From Octopus sinensis (lineage: Eukaryota), in NCBI RefSeq assembly GCF_006345805.1, contig NC_043015.1, forward strand, positions 13,764,001 through 13,828,000: a DNA stretch of 64,000 nt, in the 5' to 3' direction. The notes under the pieces were generated by a model. It was not told where the DNA came from. It did not search any database and saw nothing but the letters and a program-made list of their open reading frames with translations. Of the stretch, positions 1 to 13,800 are shown piece by piece. The translations under genes were made by a program, and so were the position numbers. Position 1 is the first letter of the stretch, and each line of letters opens with the position of its first letter.

Positions 1-1206
1 TCATCCTTTTGGCGTGTTTCTGTTGTCTTATATTCTAGTAATATTGTCTTAGTGTATCTTTCCTTTTTGATGGTGTCGAGGGTGGAGGCCTAGATTCAGT
101 TTAGAAAGAAAGGGATGATTTTAATATTTTGGAATTTTAAAAATTATTGCATTTTACCTCCTAAGTAAAAAAATTTCTCATTAACTGATAACATAAAATT
201 GGGTGTCATCCTCCCAGCTTGTTGCATATTTTAAAAATATGTAATTTTGTTTGGATTTTTCTTTCTTTTACACTATCTTGGTTCATTTCATTTCCACGTT
301 TCCATACTATTATGGAGTATAATTGAAATATTTTGTCGTTTTCCCTTCTTTACATACTCACCACTCCCTTGTTTTAAACTTTTTTTTATTCATCTATCTA
401 TTTGTATGGGTCTATATGTTTCTAGAACTGATGATTTAAGGGTGAAATGCCCTTTCCAGCAACAACCATTTTAACTTAAGGGAGACTGGTACACATTTTT
501 TCCATGTGTGATTAATTGCCTTGTAAATTTGTGGCTAACACCCACATTATATTATATTCCGTTTACATTTTAGTTCATCACACTGCTCTTATTTTCACTT
601 GATCTCTTCATATATTCATTCATACTGTTGAACTCTTCTTGATCATCTGATATTTCCAGCTCTCAATTTTCTTCCCTCAAGAGATCAGAAACTTGCTTAT
701 TTCCACGATTTTCAATAAGTTACCATGAAAATATTTCATATTTAACTTTTGATATCTGATTAGTTGTGTTTATTATATCATTACTCATTCTATTCTGTGT
801 CAAAGTTCAATTTATGAATGGACAGACATAAATACATATGTGTGTGTATATGTCACTTATAAGGATATATGAGTATTTTCAGATTGTCTGAGCATTTGTT
901 TAAGTTTTTTCTTTAGATTTAGGCTCTCTAATTACTGAAAGCTAAAAGGATCCCCTGCATTTTTACTAGTTTCCCTTATAACTGACCATGTTATGTATCT
1001 TTTGACAAGTGATGCTACAGTTATAAACTTTGAAATTTTTTTTATTTATCATCTGTATATTTGGATTTCAAAACATTAATAGTGAGGAGTCTAGTCTTAA
1101 AAGCCATTCTAGAGAATTTCAATATTTTCCATCAGAGTAGCCTGAAATAAAATTGTTCGTTAGTGGTAATGCTCTCATTTCATAAAATGGTTAGTATTTC
1201 CCTCAG

Positions 1207-1215
1207 ATATCTCTG
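1207..1215 (+). CDS. candidate 9-nt microexon (ISL) of unidentified gene
   Basis: tatttccctcag|ATATCTCTG|gtagga; phase 0-0 joins in frame to 3705-3716 and 6163-6279. Confidence 0.3.
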
Positions 1216-1373
1216 GTAGGAGACTAAATTTATATGCTGTTTTAATTGTGCATGGCTGTATTGTAAAAACTGCTTTCTAACCACACGATTTCAATCCCAT
1301 TGTGTGGAACTTGGGTAACTGTCTTTTACTATAGCCTTGGGCTGACCAAGGCAGACAGAAACTTAAAGAAGCC

Positions 1374-1382
1374 ATATATATA

Positions 1383-1434
<52 letters not shown>

Positions 1435-1871
1435 GTTATATATATATATATTATATATATATATATAATATATATAATATATATATATACATATATATAA
1501 TGTATGTATGTATAATATATATGTATGTATGTATATATATATATATAATGTATGTATGTATATATATAATGTATGTATGTATGTATGTATATATATAATG
1601 TATGTATGTATTATATATATATAATGTATGTTATATATATATAATGTATGTATGTATATATATAATGTATGTATATATATATAATGTATGTATATTATAT
1701 ATATATATAATGTATGTATATATATATAATGTATGTATATATATATATTATGTATGTATATATATATATTATATGTATGTATGTATATAATATATATGTA
1801 TGTATATATATATATATATATATGTATGTATATATATATAATGTATGTATATATATATGTCTGTATGTATG

Positions 1872-1946
<75 letters not shown>

Positions 1947-2050
1947 CTGTATGTATATATAATATATGTATGTATGTATATATAATATATGTATGCATGT
2001 ATATATATATATGTATGTATATAATATATATGTATGTATATACATACATG
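1374..2050. repeat. compound (TA)n/(TATG)n microsatellite, ~680 bp
   Basis: Direct inspection; it is the source of the YI-repeat ORFs. Confidence 0.97.
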
Positions 2051-3704
2051 TGTGTGTTTGTGTTGCCTTGTCTTGACTAGGTGTTCTTTATTTCCAATCT
2101 TCCATGAATACATATCTGAACATGCAAAATTTTACTTTGCTTGGAAACAAGTGTGCGTTGGAAACAAGGAAGAGCACTTGACTGTAGAAAATCTGCCTCA
2201 ACAAATACTATCTGACAAATGCAAGCATGGAAAAGTGGACACTAGAAATGCTGACAAGGATGGTATTTCAATTTTCTCTAGTCAAGCTGAATGGTTACTT
2301 GAGATATATGAAAACATGTATGAACAAGCATAAAAGTGTGAAATAGTCTCACATTTTTATCCTCTTTCATCATATGTACTCTTTATATTTACTTGGGAGA
2401 AGTGAAATAGTCAAGCTGATTAGACATTGGGCTGTTTGTTCATACACCATGTACTTAAATCTGCTATAGGCATTTTGTTGTGTTTCTTGATATAGTGTTT
2501 TAGTCTACATTTCCTTAGCTAACTTAGTTACTGAGAATACATATTTAATTATCTAGAAATGTTACTTGTAACAAACCAGTTATCCTTTTGAAGGGGAAGA
2601 CATAGTTCTTATTTCCTTCAGCCCTAGAACTACAGCAAAACACTCATCCTTAGATGATGCTTTACATATATTTTTATTCTTTTGCTTTTTTTCTCATTGT
2701 ATTTCCTTTTCTCATTTTTAAATGCAATCAGGCATTGACTTTTCAATCTTGGGTTAATTAGCAATAATTTTGATTCAGTTTTAAGTTAACCACCAATACC
2801 TTCAATTTAATTTTCTGGGAATATTTTGGTATGTGGAATATATTAGGTTCATACAATCCAGATCATGATTTTTAAGATAATCTCCCAAATATTCTGTAGT
2901 ACAAGATAAATTTCTCCAAGAATTCTCTAAATAGCAGCTGATCCCCTAAAAAGTTATTTTTCTCCAAATTTCTAAAGACAAGCTTCTGTTAAGATTATAA
3001 TTTTTCAAACTATTATCTTCAACTTTATCCATTTAGCATTTAAACTGGGCACGTCAAGCCCAAATGTTCTATGTTTTTTTTTGTTAAAACTGGCCAGATC
3101 CAGCCTTTCACACCTATCCAACAATCTCATTCTAAAAATAATCACATCATCAAAATCTCAAAGAAATGAGATTATCCATGATAAATTCAAAAGAATGAGA
3201 ATAAATAAGCGTTACATTTGACAAAATAACCTGAGTACTAAGAGGTTAAAGGTGAAACATTTTATCATGAGTTCAATAGTCTGAAGAATTATAATCTCAT
3301 TAATATTTCAGATAGCCATTTTCATTGACATATCTTTTCTATGCCAGCTACTTCATGATGTCCGAAACAATTTTTTTCTGTTTTAACACTTCACAATCTG
3401 CGTCAAGGAGTTATGTATAAAAACAAAATTTGATTCTAATGAGTTTCTTATATATATTATATTAGATCTTGATTTCTATGTCTGTTTAGTTGTAACTTTT
3501 TAGCGGCAAGTTATTTAATAACGGGAATATTTTGGTGTAGATACTGGTGCCATGTAAAAAGCACTGGTGCTGGTACCATGTAAAAATGATGATGTTGATG
3601 ATCATACTATTGTACCTATTTTGGAAGTTCTGCATTTTAGTATATGGGTACAGAAAAAAGTGTTGCTTTTTAAATCTAATGATTAAAACTTTTTGATTTT
3701 ACAG

Positions 3705-3716
3705 AACCCTCACAAG
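3705..3716 (+). CDS. candidate 12-nt microexon (NPHK)
   Basis: ctaat branch-like motif at 3676; tttttgattttacag|AACCCTCACAAG|gtatta; phase 0-0. Confidence 0.4.
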
Positions 3717-4802
3717 GTATTACTAGTTCTTAGTGTACCCTTTGTAAAATAACTGTATCCAAGCATATGTAGTACTTGCATTTTCCATCTACCAAATCCA
3801 CTCACAAGGCTTTGGTCAGCCTGTGGCTATAGTAGAAGTGGGACAACCTTGAACCATGTGGTTGGGAATCTAGCTTCTTACCATACAGCCATATATATAA
3901 TTTGTTTCTAATGTATTTTAGCATTGCTGAAGCATTCTTATATTAAGTCAATATCTTGAAAAGCTATTTAAAATTAACGCTATCTATTGGGCTACTCATG
4001 CACTATAAATATAGTATTTTGAATTTCTGAAAATGTTTCTTTTCCTTGGTGTATAAGTAATATTTTTATTTTATTTCATAAACTCTTAGATACAATTTGT
4101 GAACCCAACTTCAAAATATCTAATCCATTCTTAATAATATCAATAAAAATCCTCCCCACATTGCTCAGAATGTCTTTTTTTTCTATTTTGCTTCTTTGAT
4201 TCTCAAAAAGCAAGACAATCATTACCAAAACAATTATTACCAAAGTATACTACAATAAATTGTAGTTTGCTTTGGTAATAATGTCCTGCAGTCAGTAAAT
4301 TGAGGTGATTTGATTATAGAATTCTCTAAACTAGTTTAGAGACTTAGACATTTTGGCCTTTAGTCAAATGTATATCAACTCAGCTATTTATCATTCTAGG
4401 AGGTCTGTATCCAAGCGTATGTGGTACTTTTCAGAGATTTATTTTTTAAATATCAGATCACATGAAACAGTAAGTTTGTGAGACCTTTATAAGCATTCCA
4501 TTAGCTACCTCAGTGTAACAAACCTAAAGAGGTCACTCAGCAAAGTTAACAACAGTTACACTCTACTGACTTAAAATAGATTAGAACACATTGGACAGTG
4601 TAGTCTGAGATAAGCAACCCTACAAAAATACAGGATGGTCATAGCTGGAATGCATTTCATTATAGATCTGTTCATTCAGGGCTGACCAGGGACTGAGCAA
4701 CAATGAGCATAATTTACTCTCATTCTTTTTATCTCTCCAGCTCATATTAAATATTGTTTAAATTTCACTCTAGTACTCCCAGCTCTAACACACTTCCCCA
4801 AT

Positions 4803-5995
4803 TATTGGGTCATCCCATAAATGATGCAGTTTTTTTCAATTGCATGAACTAAAAGTCAGAGGCGATAGGATAAACTACCTGCATCAACTTGCTATAAAAG
4901 CAGGTAGTAATTTACCTTGTCCTTATTCTTAGTGCAAGTTTTGAAGAGTGCTGTTCGATTTTAAGTTATTTTTTCAAAGCTATAATGGAAGTGACAAAGG
5001 AGCATATTTGGCTTTATGAGTTCAATAAAGGCAACAACACAACAGAAAGTGCAAGGAATATTAAAGCGTAAGCCAGTGTCAGTGGTGGTTCCAGAAATTC
5101 TGAGCTGGAAACTACAGCCTAGAAAATGAGGCTCATCCTGGAAGATCTGTAAAGCTCAATGAGGACATCCTGCAAATCCTAATGGAACAAAATCTCATCA
5201 TAATTGTTGAGGAACTAGCAGAGAAGCTTGGGATTGGTCAACCATTCAGTGACACCTGTGTGTCATCAGAAAAGTCAGCAAATTGGGTCAATGGGTTCCT
5301 CACAAACTTTCCAAGTCTAATCGCGTGCAGAGAGTGAATATGTGTTCTTTGCTGTCATGGACTAAATAGTGAGTGGTGAGGAGAAATGGGTTCTCTATAA
5401 AAATGTCTAACACTGAAGACAGTGGGTAGGGAAAGGAGAAACATTGGCACCCCAGGCTAAAGAAGGTCTTCACCCACATAAGGTATTGTTATCTGTTCGG
5501 TGGGATATGAAAGGTTAATCCACTCTGAACTTTTAAACCCAAACCAAACAATAACAAAGGAGATCTACTGTGAGCAGCTTGAACAGCTTAAGTCAGCACT
5601 AGAAGAAAAATGACCATTTTTGGTTTCAAAACAAAAGGTGTTCTTCCATCAGGATAGTACTCGGCCATATACAGCAAGGATGACATTCCAAAGGCTGGAG
5701 CAGTTTGAATGGGAAACGATGCCCCACCCACCATATTTGCTGGACATTGCCCCATCTGACTATCATTTATTCCACAGTCTTCAAAATCATTTGGACAGGA
5801 AAAGTATGAATTCTGTAGACAAGGTCAGAACAGTACGGGAGGAGTATTTTTCATTACAGACAAGTGAATTTTGGAATAGGAGCCTTGAAAGTCTACCAGA
5901 TAGATAGAAGAGCATTGTAGAAAATGGAGAGTATATTTTAGATTAAAAAGAATTTTGTTTATTTTAATTTTGAAAAGTAAAAGAAGTATAAAAAA
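4803..5995 (+). mobile_element. mariner (Tc1/mariner, D34D-type) transposon fossil
   Basis: Left TIR-like tattgggtcatcccataaatgatgc; degenerate transposase from MEVTKEHI.. (4985) with VSGEEKW (=TGDEKW), HQDSTRP (=HDNARPH) and YLLDIAPSDYHLF (=YSPDLAPSDY) motifs, the latter two in ORF 5620-5907; many stops and frameshifts. Confidence 0.9.
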
Positions 5996-6162
5996 ACACA
6001 TTCTTCCAGTTTTAGGAATATAGTTTAATTTGTTTTATTCTGTAGGTACAAGACTATTTTATTTACAGGGTATGCCTTACTGAAGTGATCACCATAGCAT
6101 AGCAAGCTAATACTATAACCTTGGTCTAATTCTTAATCAAGTTATTTAACTCACTTCATCAG

Positions 6163-6279
6163 TACCCTTGGAATAGACCTGAATGTCACAAGTGTCATTT
6201 CCTCATCCCGGAAGTCGATAAGGCTGATCATCCTTTGTGGATATCTCGAATTAATGAAAGGTCACTTGATTCCATTCTG
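6163..6279 (+). CDS. internal coding exon of unidentified gene (YPWNRPECHKCHFLIPEVDKADHPLWISRINERSLDSIL)
   Basis: tcacttcatcag| acceptor, |gtataa donor; 117 nt open in phase 0; more complex and less AT-biased than the flanks; not part of any repeat seen elsewhere in the window. Confidence 0.6.
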
Positions 6280-6666
6280 GTATAACTAATTCTTAACCAT
6301 CTTCTATTGATGCTATTTTCTTTTCCATTCCTGTTTCTGAAAATGAACAAGTAAGATGACTTCTGTAAGATTTGAATTAAAGCCTATGAGATATTGTGTG
6401 CATCTTGTCTGGTTTTCTGTTATGTGTACCAAATTAGTCAGCTATTTGAGAAACCAAGCACTAATTTGTATATCTTATCTGTGTCAAGAAGGTCTCCATT
6501 GGTTATGATGTTATCTTCTTTAATTTAATACAACTGTTTGTTATCTCTTCTTTTTTTTTCTAATGGCTCTCTATCTTAATGCTAAGATTGTCAGATTCTA
6601 AGATTAACCCTTTTGATACTAATCTGCCCAAGATTGCCCTTGGTTCTGTGATAGAAACTTCCTGAT

Positions 6667-6889
6667 TTAATCCTTTAGCATTCAGATTACTCTGTCAAAT
6701 GTAATACATATCTATTTTCATTGTTTTTGAATTAATTATGCATTATATTGTAGTTTAGAGATTTCAATAATAAGAATGTTTAGTTTTAGAATGATATTAT
6801 GGGGTTAGTGTGAGAAACTGTCCAGTTTCAACTTAAAACAAGTGAAATATTTTGGTCAGTTACAACCAGTTTGAATGCTAAAGGATTAA
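6667..6889 (+). mobile_element. piggyBac-type MITE family 1 (TTAA-flanked, ~220 bp)
   Basis: ttaa(c)cctttagcattcag...aatgctaaagg.ttaa; further copies at ~3030-3250, 11480-11651, 28439-28658, 47611-47834 and 63224-63440. Confidence 0.75.
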
Positions 6890-7531
6890 AGTGATCCAAA
6901 TTAAACTTTCTATCAAAATTTCATGTTGATTTATGTTCCAAATATCAAGTGAATAATCCTTTCCACTATAGGTACAAGACCTGAAATTTTGCAGGGAGGG
7001 GACTCATTGATTACATCGACCCCAATGCACAGCAGGTGCATATTTTATCAACCCCAAAAACAATGAAAGGCAAAGTTAATCTTGGTGGTATTTGAACTCA
7101 GAACATAAAGAACTAGAAAAAAGCTGCAAAGTATTTTGTCTAGCATGTTAATAATTCTGCTAGCTCATTGCTGCATTATTAACTTACCAGGATAATAATG
7201 CAAAGTTAGTTTACTAAATTCTTTTTTATTTTCAAAATTAATGGACAACGAAGGCACTGTATTTCAACTGAAATATGGTAACAAATGGCACCAGGTAACT
7301 TATCCTTTCACAGTTTGTCATCAAACTGCAACTATGCTGGGGTTCTAACTCGAATGGTTTAGTCAAACAAATTGCTCCTAATATTTATTTATTTTTTTAA
7401 AGTCTGGTACTTTATGTCTCTTTTGCTGAACCCCTAAGTTACATAAACAAGATGTAAACAAACTAACACTTGGTGTGAAGGGGGAATGGGGTATAAAAAA
7501 ACACACACACACTCACACATATATTCATATA

Positions 7532-7800
7532 TGGCCTAGTGGTTAGGGTGTTGTGCTCATGATTGCAAGATTATGGTTTCAGTTCCTTGACTGGCTGGTA
7601 TGTTCTTGAGCAAAACATTTCATCTCATGTCGCTCTGCAATCACTTTGACATCTGACATGTGGTAGTACACCATGCACCTGTTGAGGTAGCATCGATTTG
7701 ATAGTGGGAGTGAGCTAATGTAGAGCACATACACTTGATCACTATAGACAAATCATTTGTGCAGATTGTTCAGCAAAAGCTGAACACACATCTTCAATGA
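7532..7800 (+). mobile_element. tRNA-derived CORE-like SINE, third family
   Basis: A box tggcctagtggttagg, degenerate B box, ttcttgagcaaaacatttcatc CORE-like motif. Confidence 0.55.
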
Positions 7801-7909
7801 GAGTCCATCGTATATATATATATGTATGACTAGAGTCTGGCACAGCTTGCCAGCTCTGATCAAACTGTCCAATCCATGGATGACAGATGTTAAATGATGA
7901 TGATGATGA

Positions 7910-7943
<34 letters not shown>

Positions 7944-8814
7944 TCTTTTATTGTTTTACTTGTTTCATTCATTTGACTGTGGCCATGCTGGAGCACTGCC
8001 TTAAAGGGCTGTAGTCAAAGAAATCAACCTGAGGACTTATTCTTTGTAAGCCTAGTACTTATTCTATCAGTCTTTTTTGCCAAACCACTAAGTTATGGGG
8101 ACAAACACGTACACACATACATGGAACCATGTGGTTAGGAAGCAAGCTTCTTACCACACTCACATATATGACAGCATTCCACACAGTTTCTTGCTATCAG
8201 ACTCACTTATAAGGCATTGGTTGACCTTGAGACACTTGCCCAAAGTGCCATACAGTGAGACGGAACCCAAAGCCACAGGATTGCAAAGCAAGCTTCTTAC
8301 ACATTCATGCCTGTTTTAGAATAATTTTCATTTTAGTACTGCTATGCCTATTTGTTTTTGTATGAGTTTACTCAACCTCTTTATTTTGTAGATTTAAAAA
8401 TACAAAAATAAGAAGTATATTTCACTATATTTTACTGGTACTAATCACTTAGCACTAAAACTGTTGACAGCTGTAATTTATAATGGCTCGTATCCAAATA
8501 GTACTAAAGAAAGAAAAAATTTTTTTGTTATTTACTTTACTATTCTCAACTGAAGGCAATTATCACAGCGGTTGTTAATTAAGTTTACACATATTACTAC
8601 TAAACTGACTTGTTTAAGGTATACATACATTCATTATTTCTTCTATTGAGACAAGTATTTGCTGTCTTCTGCCATTTGTCTATGGAACGTCTGGAATGTT
8701 AGTGTAGCAGAAGTAAGCAAATGCTCTATTAGCGTTAAAGAATTAGCTTCAATATCTTACAGCTGAAACTCTAACTTTTCTAATTTGTCCATTGCTACAT
8801 TAAAGAAGCTGCAG

Positions 8815-8855
<41 letters not shown>

Positions 8856-9453
8856 ATGAATATGCTCTATCTAAAAATGTCTTGAAGTCTGCTTTTTAAC
8901 TGACAATGAAAATCTCTTACTTTGTGTTTGATTTATTATATAATAGGTGTTATTTTATCTCATTGTTTGGATCTGTTTTGAAAGTATTTGCTCATTGGTG
9001 AAAAATTAAGCTTTTGCAAATATTGGCAATGTTTTCCTCATATAAGATAACATCTGTTGGATACACTATGAATGATTGATAAGATAAACAGAAGCTTGTT
9101 TATTAATGTTTGTTGGTATAGCAATAGAATGTAACTTAGAAATTCATTGGTAAAGTTTTGGGATTTTCTCTTGTGAAGAATTTTATTGAAACAGAAGAAT
9201 TTTGATTCCTATTCAATTAATGCTCTAAGTCTTTGTGATAAATTACTAAAAACCTTTCTTTTAGCTTTTAATGCATTTCAATTAGAGAAAGAAAACTTAA
9301 ATTTTCAATTTGTAATACTAGATTGCTTCAGCATTGAATGAATTTCTTTTTTGTGCAGTCGTATAATAGTAGACTGATATAATGATGCATTCAACTAATT
9401 CATTTAATGGTAATAGAGATTCATTCTATTTAGTTGTTTTAAAATTGTTTCAG

Positions 9454-9463
9454 GATTTGCATT
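9454..9463 (+). CDS. candidate 10-nt microexon (DLH+1 nt)
   Basis: aaaattgtttcag|GATTTGCATT|gtaaac; supplies the phase 0-to-1 shift needed between 6163-6279 and 10259-10313. Donor is weak. Confidence 0.3.
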
Positions 9464-10258
9464 GTAAACAATACTGCTTTCTTCTTCATTATTGTTTTGC
9501 TATCAGTTTTTCAACAATGGCATAGGTTGAACAGATCTGCAATGCAGCATGGGTTTGATGGATCTACCCTACCATGCATTTCCTCTGTGTAACTTTGTAT
9601 ACTTAGACCTTATCTTACCACTTTCTCTCACATCTTCTTTGCTCTAACTCTCACATGAATACACCTACTCTCATGCATCAGCAAGGTTTCTTTTTCTGTA
9701 TCTTTGTTGAGTTACTAGTTACCATGTACTTCCTCTGTTTTTTTTTTCCACCTCTTCATTGAATACACATTCACCATACAACATGATTCTTATTTCCATT
9801 ATAAATAAAATTTGATATTTCTTATCCCTTATGTCTATCGCTGCATGACTACTATCATACACATGTGGCTTGTTAGATTAATCATGTACTCAAATTTCTA
9901 TGCATGTGTGTTTTCACTGGCTCGTAATAACCAGAAGTAGAACTCATCTGGTTGGGACATACAGATATCTAATACTGTTAGCCATCAAACCATAAATAAA
10001 TTTTCATTAAATTCTCATATTTCCCTTGAATTTCCCTTACAGTTTCAATCTTCAGTGTAGTTTCTGCTCACTGGGGGAAAAGTATGACTTCTTTGAAGAA
10101 ATTAATAAGTTTCATTCAGTTCAAATAATTATACAATTTCTCTTACACTTCATATTTTAGATAATTTCCTATTTCTAATGCTTTTCAAGTTCTCAAAATT
10201 CTGTTAAAGTGTGTTATCTAATATTACCAATCCAAATTTCATGGATTATCATTTCCAG

Positions 10259-10313
10259 ACAAGAGGCGCCATGCTTATTCATGGCAAGATTTAATGGATA
10301 TAAACTCTCTCAG
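10259..10313 (+). CDS. internal coding exon (YKRRHAYSWQDLMDINSL)
   Basis: ttatcatttccag|ACAAGAGG...CTCTCAG|gtatat; 55 nt, open phase 1-2. Confidence 0.55.
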
Positions 10314-10644
10314 GTATATTTAACCCTTTCTTATTTTTCTTTTATCATTAACAGTCTTTGTGTTTTATTATTCAAAACACCGTTGTCCTATTCACCTTCT
10401 CTTAAGCTGTGCTAGATTTTGTGAAAGCTTCTTTTATCCTCTTCTATATTATTTTCAATTTCAAATTACAAGTAAAGAAACTAAATACTTAATTTACTTT
10501 TTTAAACCCACTTATTGTTAATTATTCTTCTTAGCAATTTCCTCTTAACTAATTATGTAATTTGGTCCCTTAGGGCTTTGTTTCAAAAAATGACAAGTTA
10601 ATTTCCAGATATCAAGACCCAGTCGAAATATTCTGTTTTACAGA

Positions 10645-10855
10645 TTACAAACCTAACAAAAACTACCCCTGGTTCTCTGATAGAAATTTCTTATTTTAAA
10701 AAGATGTAAATTAAAACCTACCAAAATTTCTAGCTGGTAAATGTTCCAAATACCAGCTGAAGACTGACAAAGTAATCTATTTAAATTCCTCATAATTTTC
10801 AGTATTAAAATAAACATAGTGTATTTCAACAGAGATATGGCAACAAAATGGTTAA
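10645..10855 (+). mobile_element. TTAA-ended MITE family 2, uninterrupted copy (interrupted copy at 6604-7290)
   Basis: Colinear with 6604-6666 + 6890-6956 + 7190-7290; ends in aaaatggttaa. Confidence 0.6.
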
Positions 10856-12252
10856 GATCTGTGTTGACTAAATCTTGTAGTGATTTGAGAAATATGTCCT
10901 TATCTTCAAAAGTTCCTTTTCTTCTAGGTACATCTTGAAAAACATAAAAGTATATACAGTTAACAAAATTTTAAAAATGTGAGAATGCCATAAGAGTATT
11001 TACAGATCCTTATTTTACTATTTTCTGAAACATGTCTATCTTTACACCCATAAATAATATGCCAATGTTCTTATAGAAATGGTTGTATATTACTCCAGCT
11101 GTATCATTTACAAATGGGATATAGATACATTTCTTAACTGTCATATTTTATTTCAACATTTAGGTCAATGTAGCTTGCTTTTGCGCATTAAATTATTATA
11201 TGTGGATAGAAATTTTTATATATTTTTTTTTATCTAGTTTCAGCTCACGAGCTGTGGCCATGCTGGGGCACTGTCATATATATAATAAAAGAAATTATTA
11301 ATCATAGTTTTTCCTAAAATAAGCACAAGGTTTGAAATTTTTGGTGACTATATCAATCCTAGTTCCTAAACTGGTCCTTTATTTTATAAATCTCAAAAAA
11401 ATGAAAGGCAAGGTTGACCTCAGTGGGATTTGAACTTGGTACTCTTTATATTCTGAGTTTAAGGTTAAACTGAGCATAGCGGTTAAACTGGCCAGATCTA
11501 GCTTCTCATACCTACCCTACGATGCCAGTTCAAAAATAAACAATCCCATCATTGAAATCTGAAAGCTATAAGTTAATGTATGATTACTTCAAAACAATGT
11601 GAATAAATAAACATTGCATTTGACTGAGTAATCTGAATGCTCAAGGGTTAAATCACGTCAAGGTCAATTTTTCCTTTCAATCCACTAAGAGACAAAGTAC
11701 CTATCAGGTACTAGATTTGATAGTATCAGCTAACCCCTTCTCTTCAAAATTAGAAATTATTATTAAAAATGGTGGGCTGGTAGAACCATTAGCACACAGA
11801 TAAAAATGCTTTACAGCATTTCTTTTTGCTCTTAATATTCTCAGTTCGAATCTTGCCAAAGTCAACTTTGTTTTCATAATGCTGGGATTGGTAAAATAAA
11901 GTACCAGTCAAGAACAGGGATCAGTACAATAGACTAACTTCCTCTCCTTAAATTTGCTAGCCTTTTGCCAAAATTTAAAACAATTATTATTATTATTATT
12001 ATTAAGGTGGCAAGCTGGCAGAATTGTTAGCATGCTGAGCGAAATGCTTAGTGATATTTCGTCTGCTGCTACGTTCTGAGTTCAAATTCTGCAGAGGTTG
12101 ACTTTGCTTTTCATCTTTTTGGAGTCAATGAATTAAGTACCAGTTGAGTACTGGGATCAATGTGATCGCCTATCCCCCTCTCCACAAAATGCAGGCCTTG
12201 TGCCTATAGGAGAAAAGATTATTATTATTATTATTACTACTACTACTACTAC

Positions 12253-12440
12253 ATTTGCCTTAGTGGAGGTATTGTTTACAGTCGTGTTTGTTTGTCCATG
12301 GACAAGATATCTCAAGAAATACTGGATGGATTTGGATGAAACTTGCAGGGATGCTTGGTCTCGTGACTGGCACAAACTGATTAAATTTCAGGACTTGTGC
12401 CTTGAAGAGGAACTTTTTAGGTGCAATCTCATGGTCATTC
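12253..12440. mobile_element. partial copy of the 60134-60503 element, opposite orientation
   Basis: ggaggtattgtttacagtcgtgtttgtttgtccatggacaagatatctcaaga.. is the reverse complement of 60340-60480; both translate to FVCPWTRYLK.YWMDLDE. Confidence 0.7.
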
Positions 12441-12779
12441 ATGACTGAAGGGGGTCTTCATTCTTGTCAAAAATGATCATGTTTATTTCTGCTTCCTTTC
12501 AGTAATTTTTCATCCTTTTGCTTCACAACTAGTTCCATTTTACTATTGGGTTACATTTTTGTTTCCTTTAATTTTTCTTATTCTTCCTCCTTGAGCTTTG
12601 TTTCTGTTTGTTTCTTGCATTTTTTTGTGTTTTGTAGCACTCTCCTTCATTCCAAGTCACTTTGAGCATTGACTTCTTGTGAAAATCTTCGCCTTCTCTC
12701 TGCAGTTTAAAGCTGTATTCTTTCTCTGACTTTGACTTCCAGTTACTTGTTTGGAAAGTTATTTCACCTTCTGACTCAC

Positions 12780-12786
12780 TTTCTCT

Positions 12787-12838
<52 letters not shown>
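12780..12838. repeat. (CT)n microsatellite
   Basis: Direct inspection. Confidence 0.95.
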
Positions 12839-13329
12839 TCACTATTCTAGATGACCCACTTGTATATTTCATTACATCTTTTCTTGTCTGTAGATGTAGT
12901 TCTCTTTTACCCTTTTAACGAAAACTTGCATGCACTTCTCCCCTTCATTTCCTAACCTATTCAATTCACAAAAAACTCTATTTTATTATTGTAATTCTCC
13001 TTCTTGTAGATCTTTATCCTCTTACTTTTGCTCTCTTCCCCTTTTGCCATTTTTTCTATCCATTCCTATATTTCACTGTCTACTCTTGCTGGCTAACTAC
13101 TGGGTATTTTCTAACACCCCCCCATCCGAGCTCATCAATCTGCCACTTGTTTATCTATTCTCATCTTCCTCTTTTTATGATACTTTCTCTTCTGTCACCA
13201 CAGCTATTGCTTTCTATTTCCACATTCCTCTATCATGACAAAGAGAAAGAGATATATGACTAATGCTCAAATTAGCATTGAGTCCTTATCCATTTTAAGA
13301 AGATCCTTGTATTCTGACAGTTTTTACAA

Positions 13330-13800
13330 GTTTTGATCTTGGATTGTTGGCCTTGTCAATCTGGGAGGTTTGTCTCTAATCATTGTTTTGTACTGTGCTT
13401 GGTACATGCTTTAACCATTTCACAGTTGTTACACTTTGGTCTTGTGTATATAACTCAATGAACATAATCATTTGATCATGCCTATGGATATATGTGCAAA
13501 GACCATGTGCAACTATAAATGGTAGAGTAAATTGTTTCTTTTAGTCTCTTGTTTCATTATTTTTGTTCTGATAGTTTTTGTTTTTCTGGTGTCTATGCTT
13601 TGTTCTTGTGCAGCTAAAATTAGAACCTTCTGTTTCTAATTTTAATCCAGAACCTTTGAACTGTTATTGGTTTTCATTCTTGTCTCCTCTCTTTTGAGCC
13701 TTAAATTGTATATTCCATGAAATATTTTCTATCTTTTTGTATATTTCGAAATTTCTTGATTTTATAAAAATGTTTACCTCAGGGTTGATAAAAGGAAGTT
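13330..13800 (-). mobile_element. older R4/Dong-type fragment
   Basis: Reverse strand around 13590-13655 gives a frameshifted GLKLETEG..AAQEQSIDTR, as in the 33501 element; a related segment is probably at 12480-12770. Confidence 0.45.

Noticed and set aside
100-760. Possible decayed Penelope GIY-YIG coding remnant on the minus strand
   Set aside because: Only faint motif resemblance by eye; needs a profile search.
1300-2113. ORFs up to 228 aa rich in Y/I/H/M/C
   Set aside because: Translations of (TA)n/(TATG)n microsatellite. The same applies to the YI-, HT- and CV-repeat ORFs at 17962-18197, 20300-21318, 52734-53021 and 54172-55214.
6163-6279. Assigning a gene symbol to the exon chain
   Set aside because: Short resemblances to several remembered proteins (DHHC-like CxxC spacing, channel S3-like IIDTFAIF, others) were mutually inconsistent; none supports a name without a database search.
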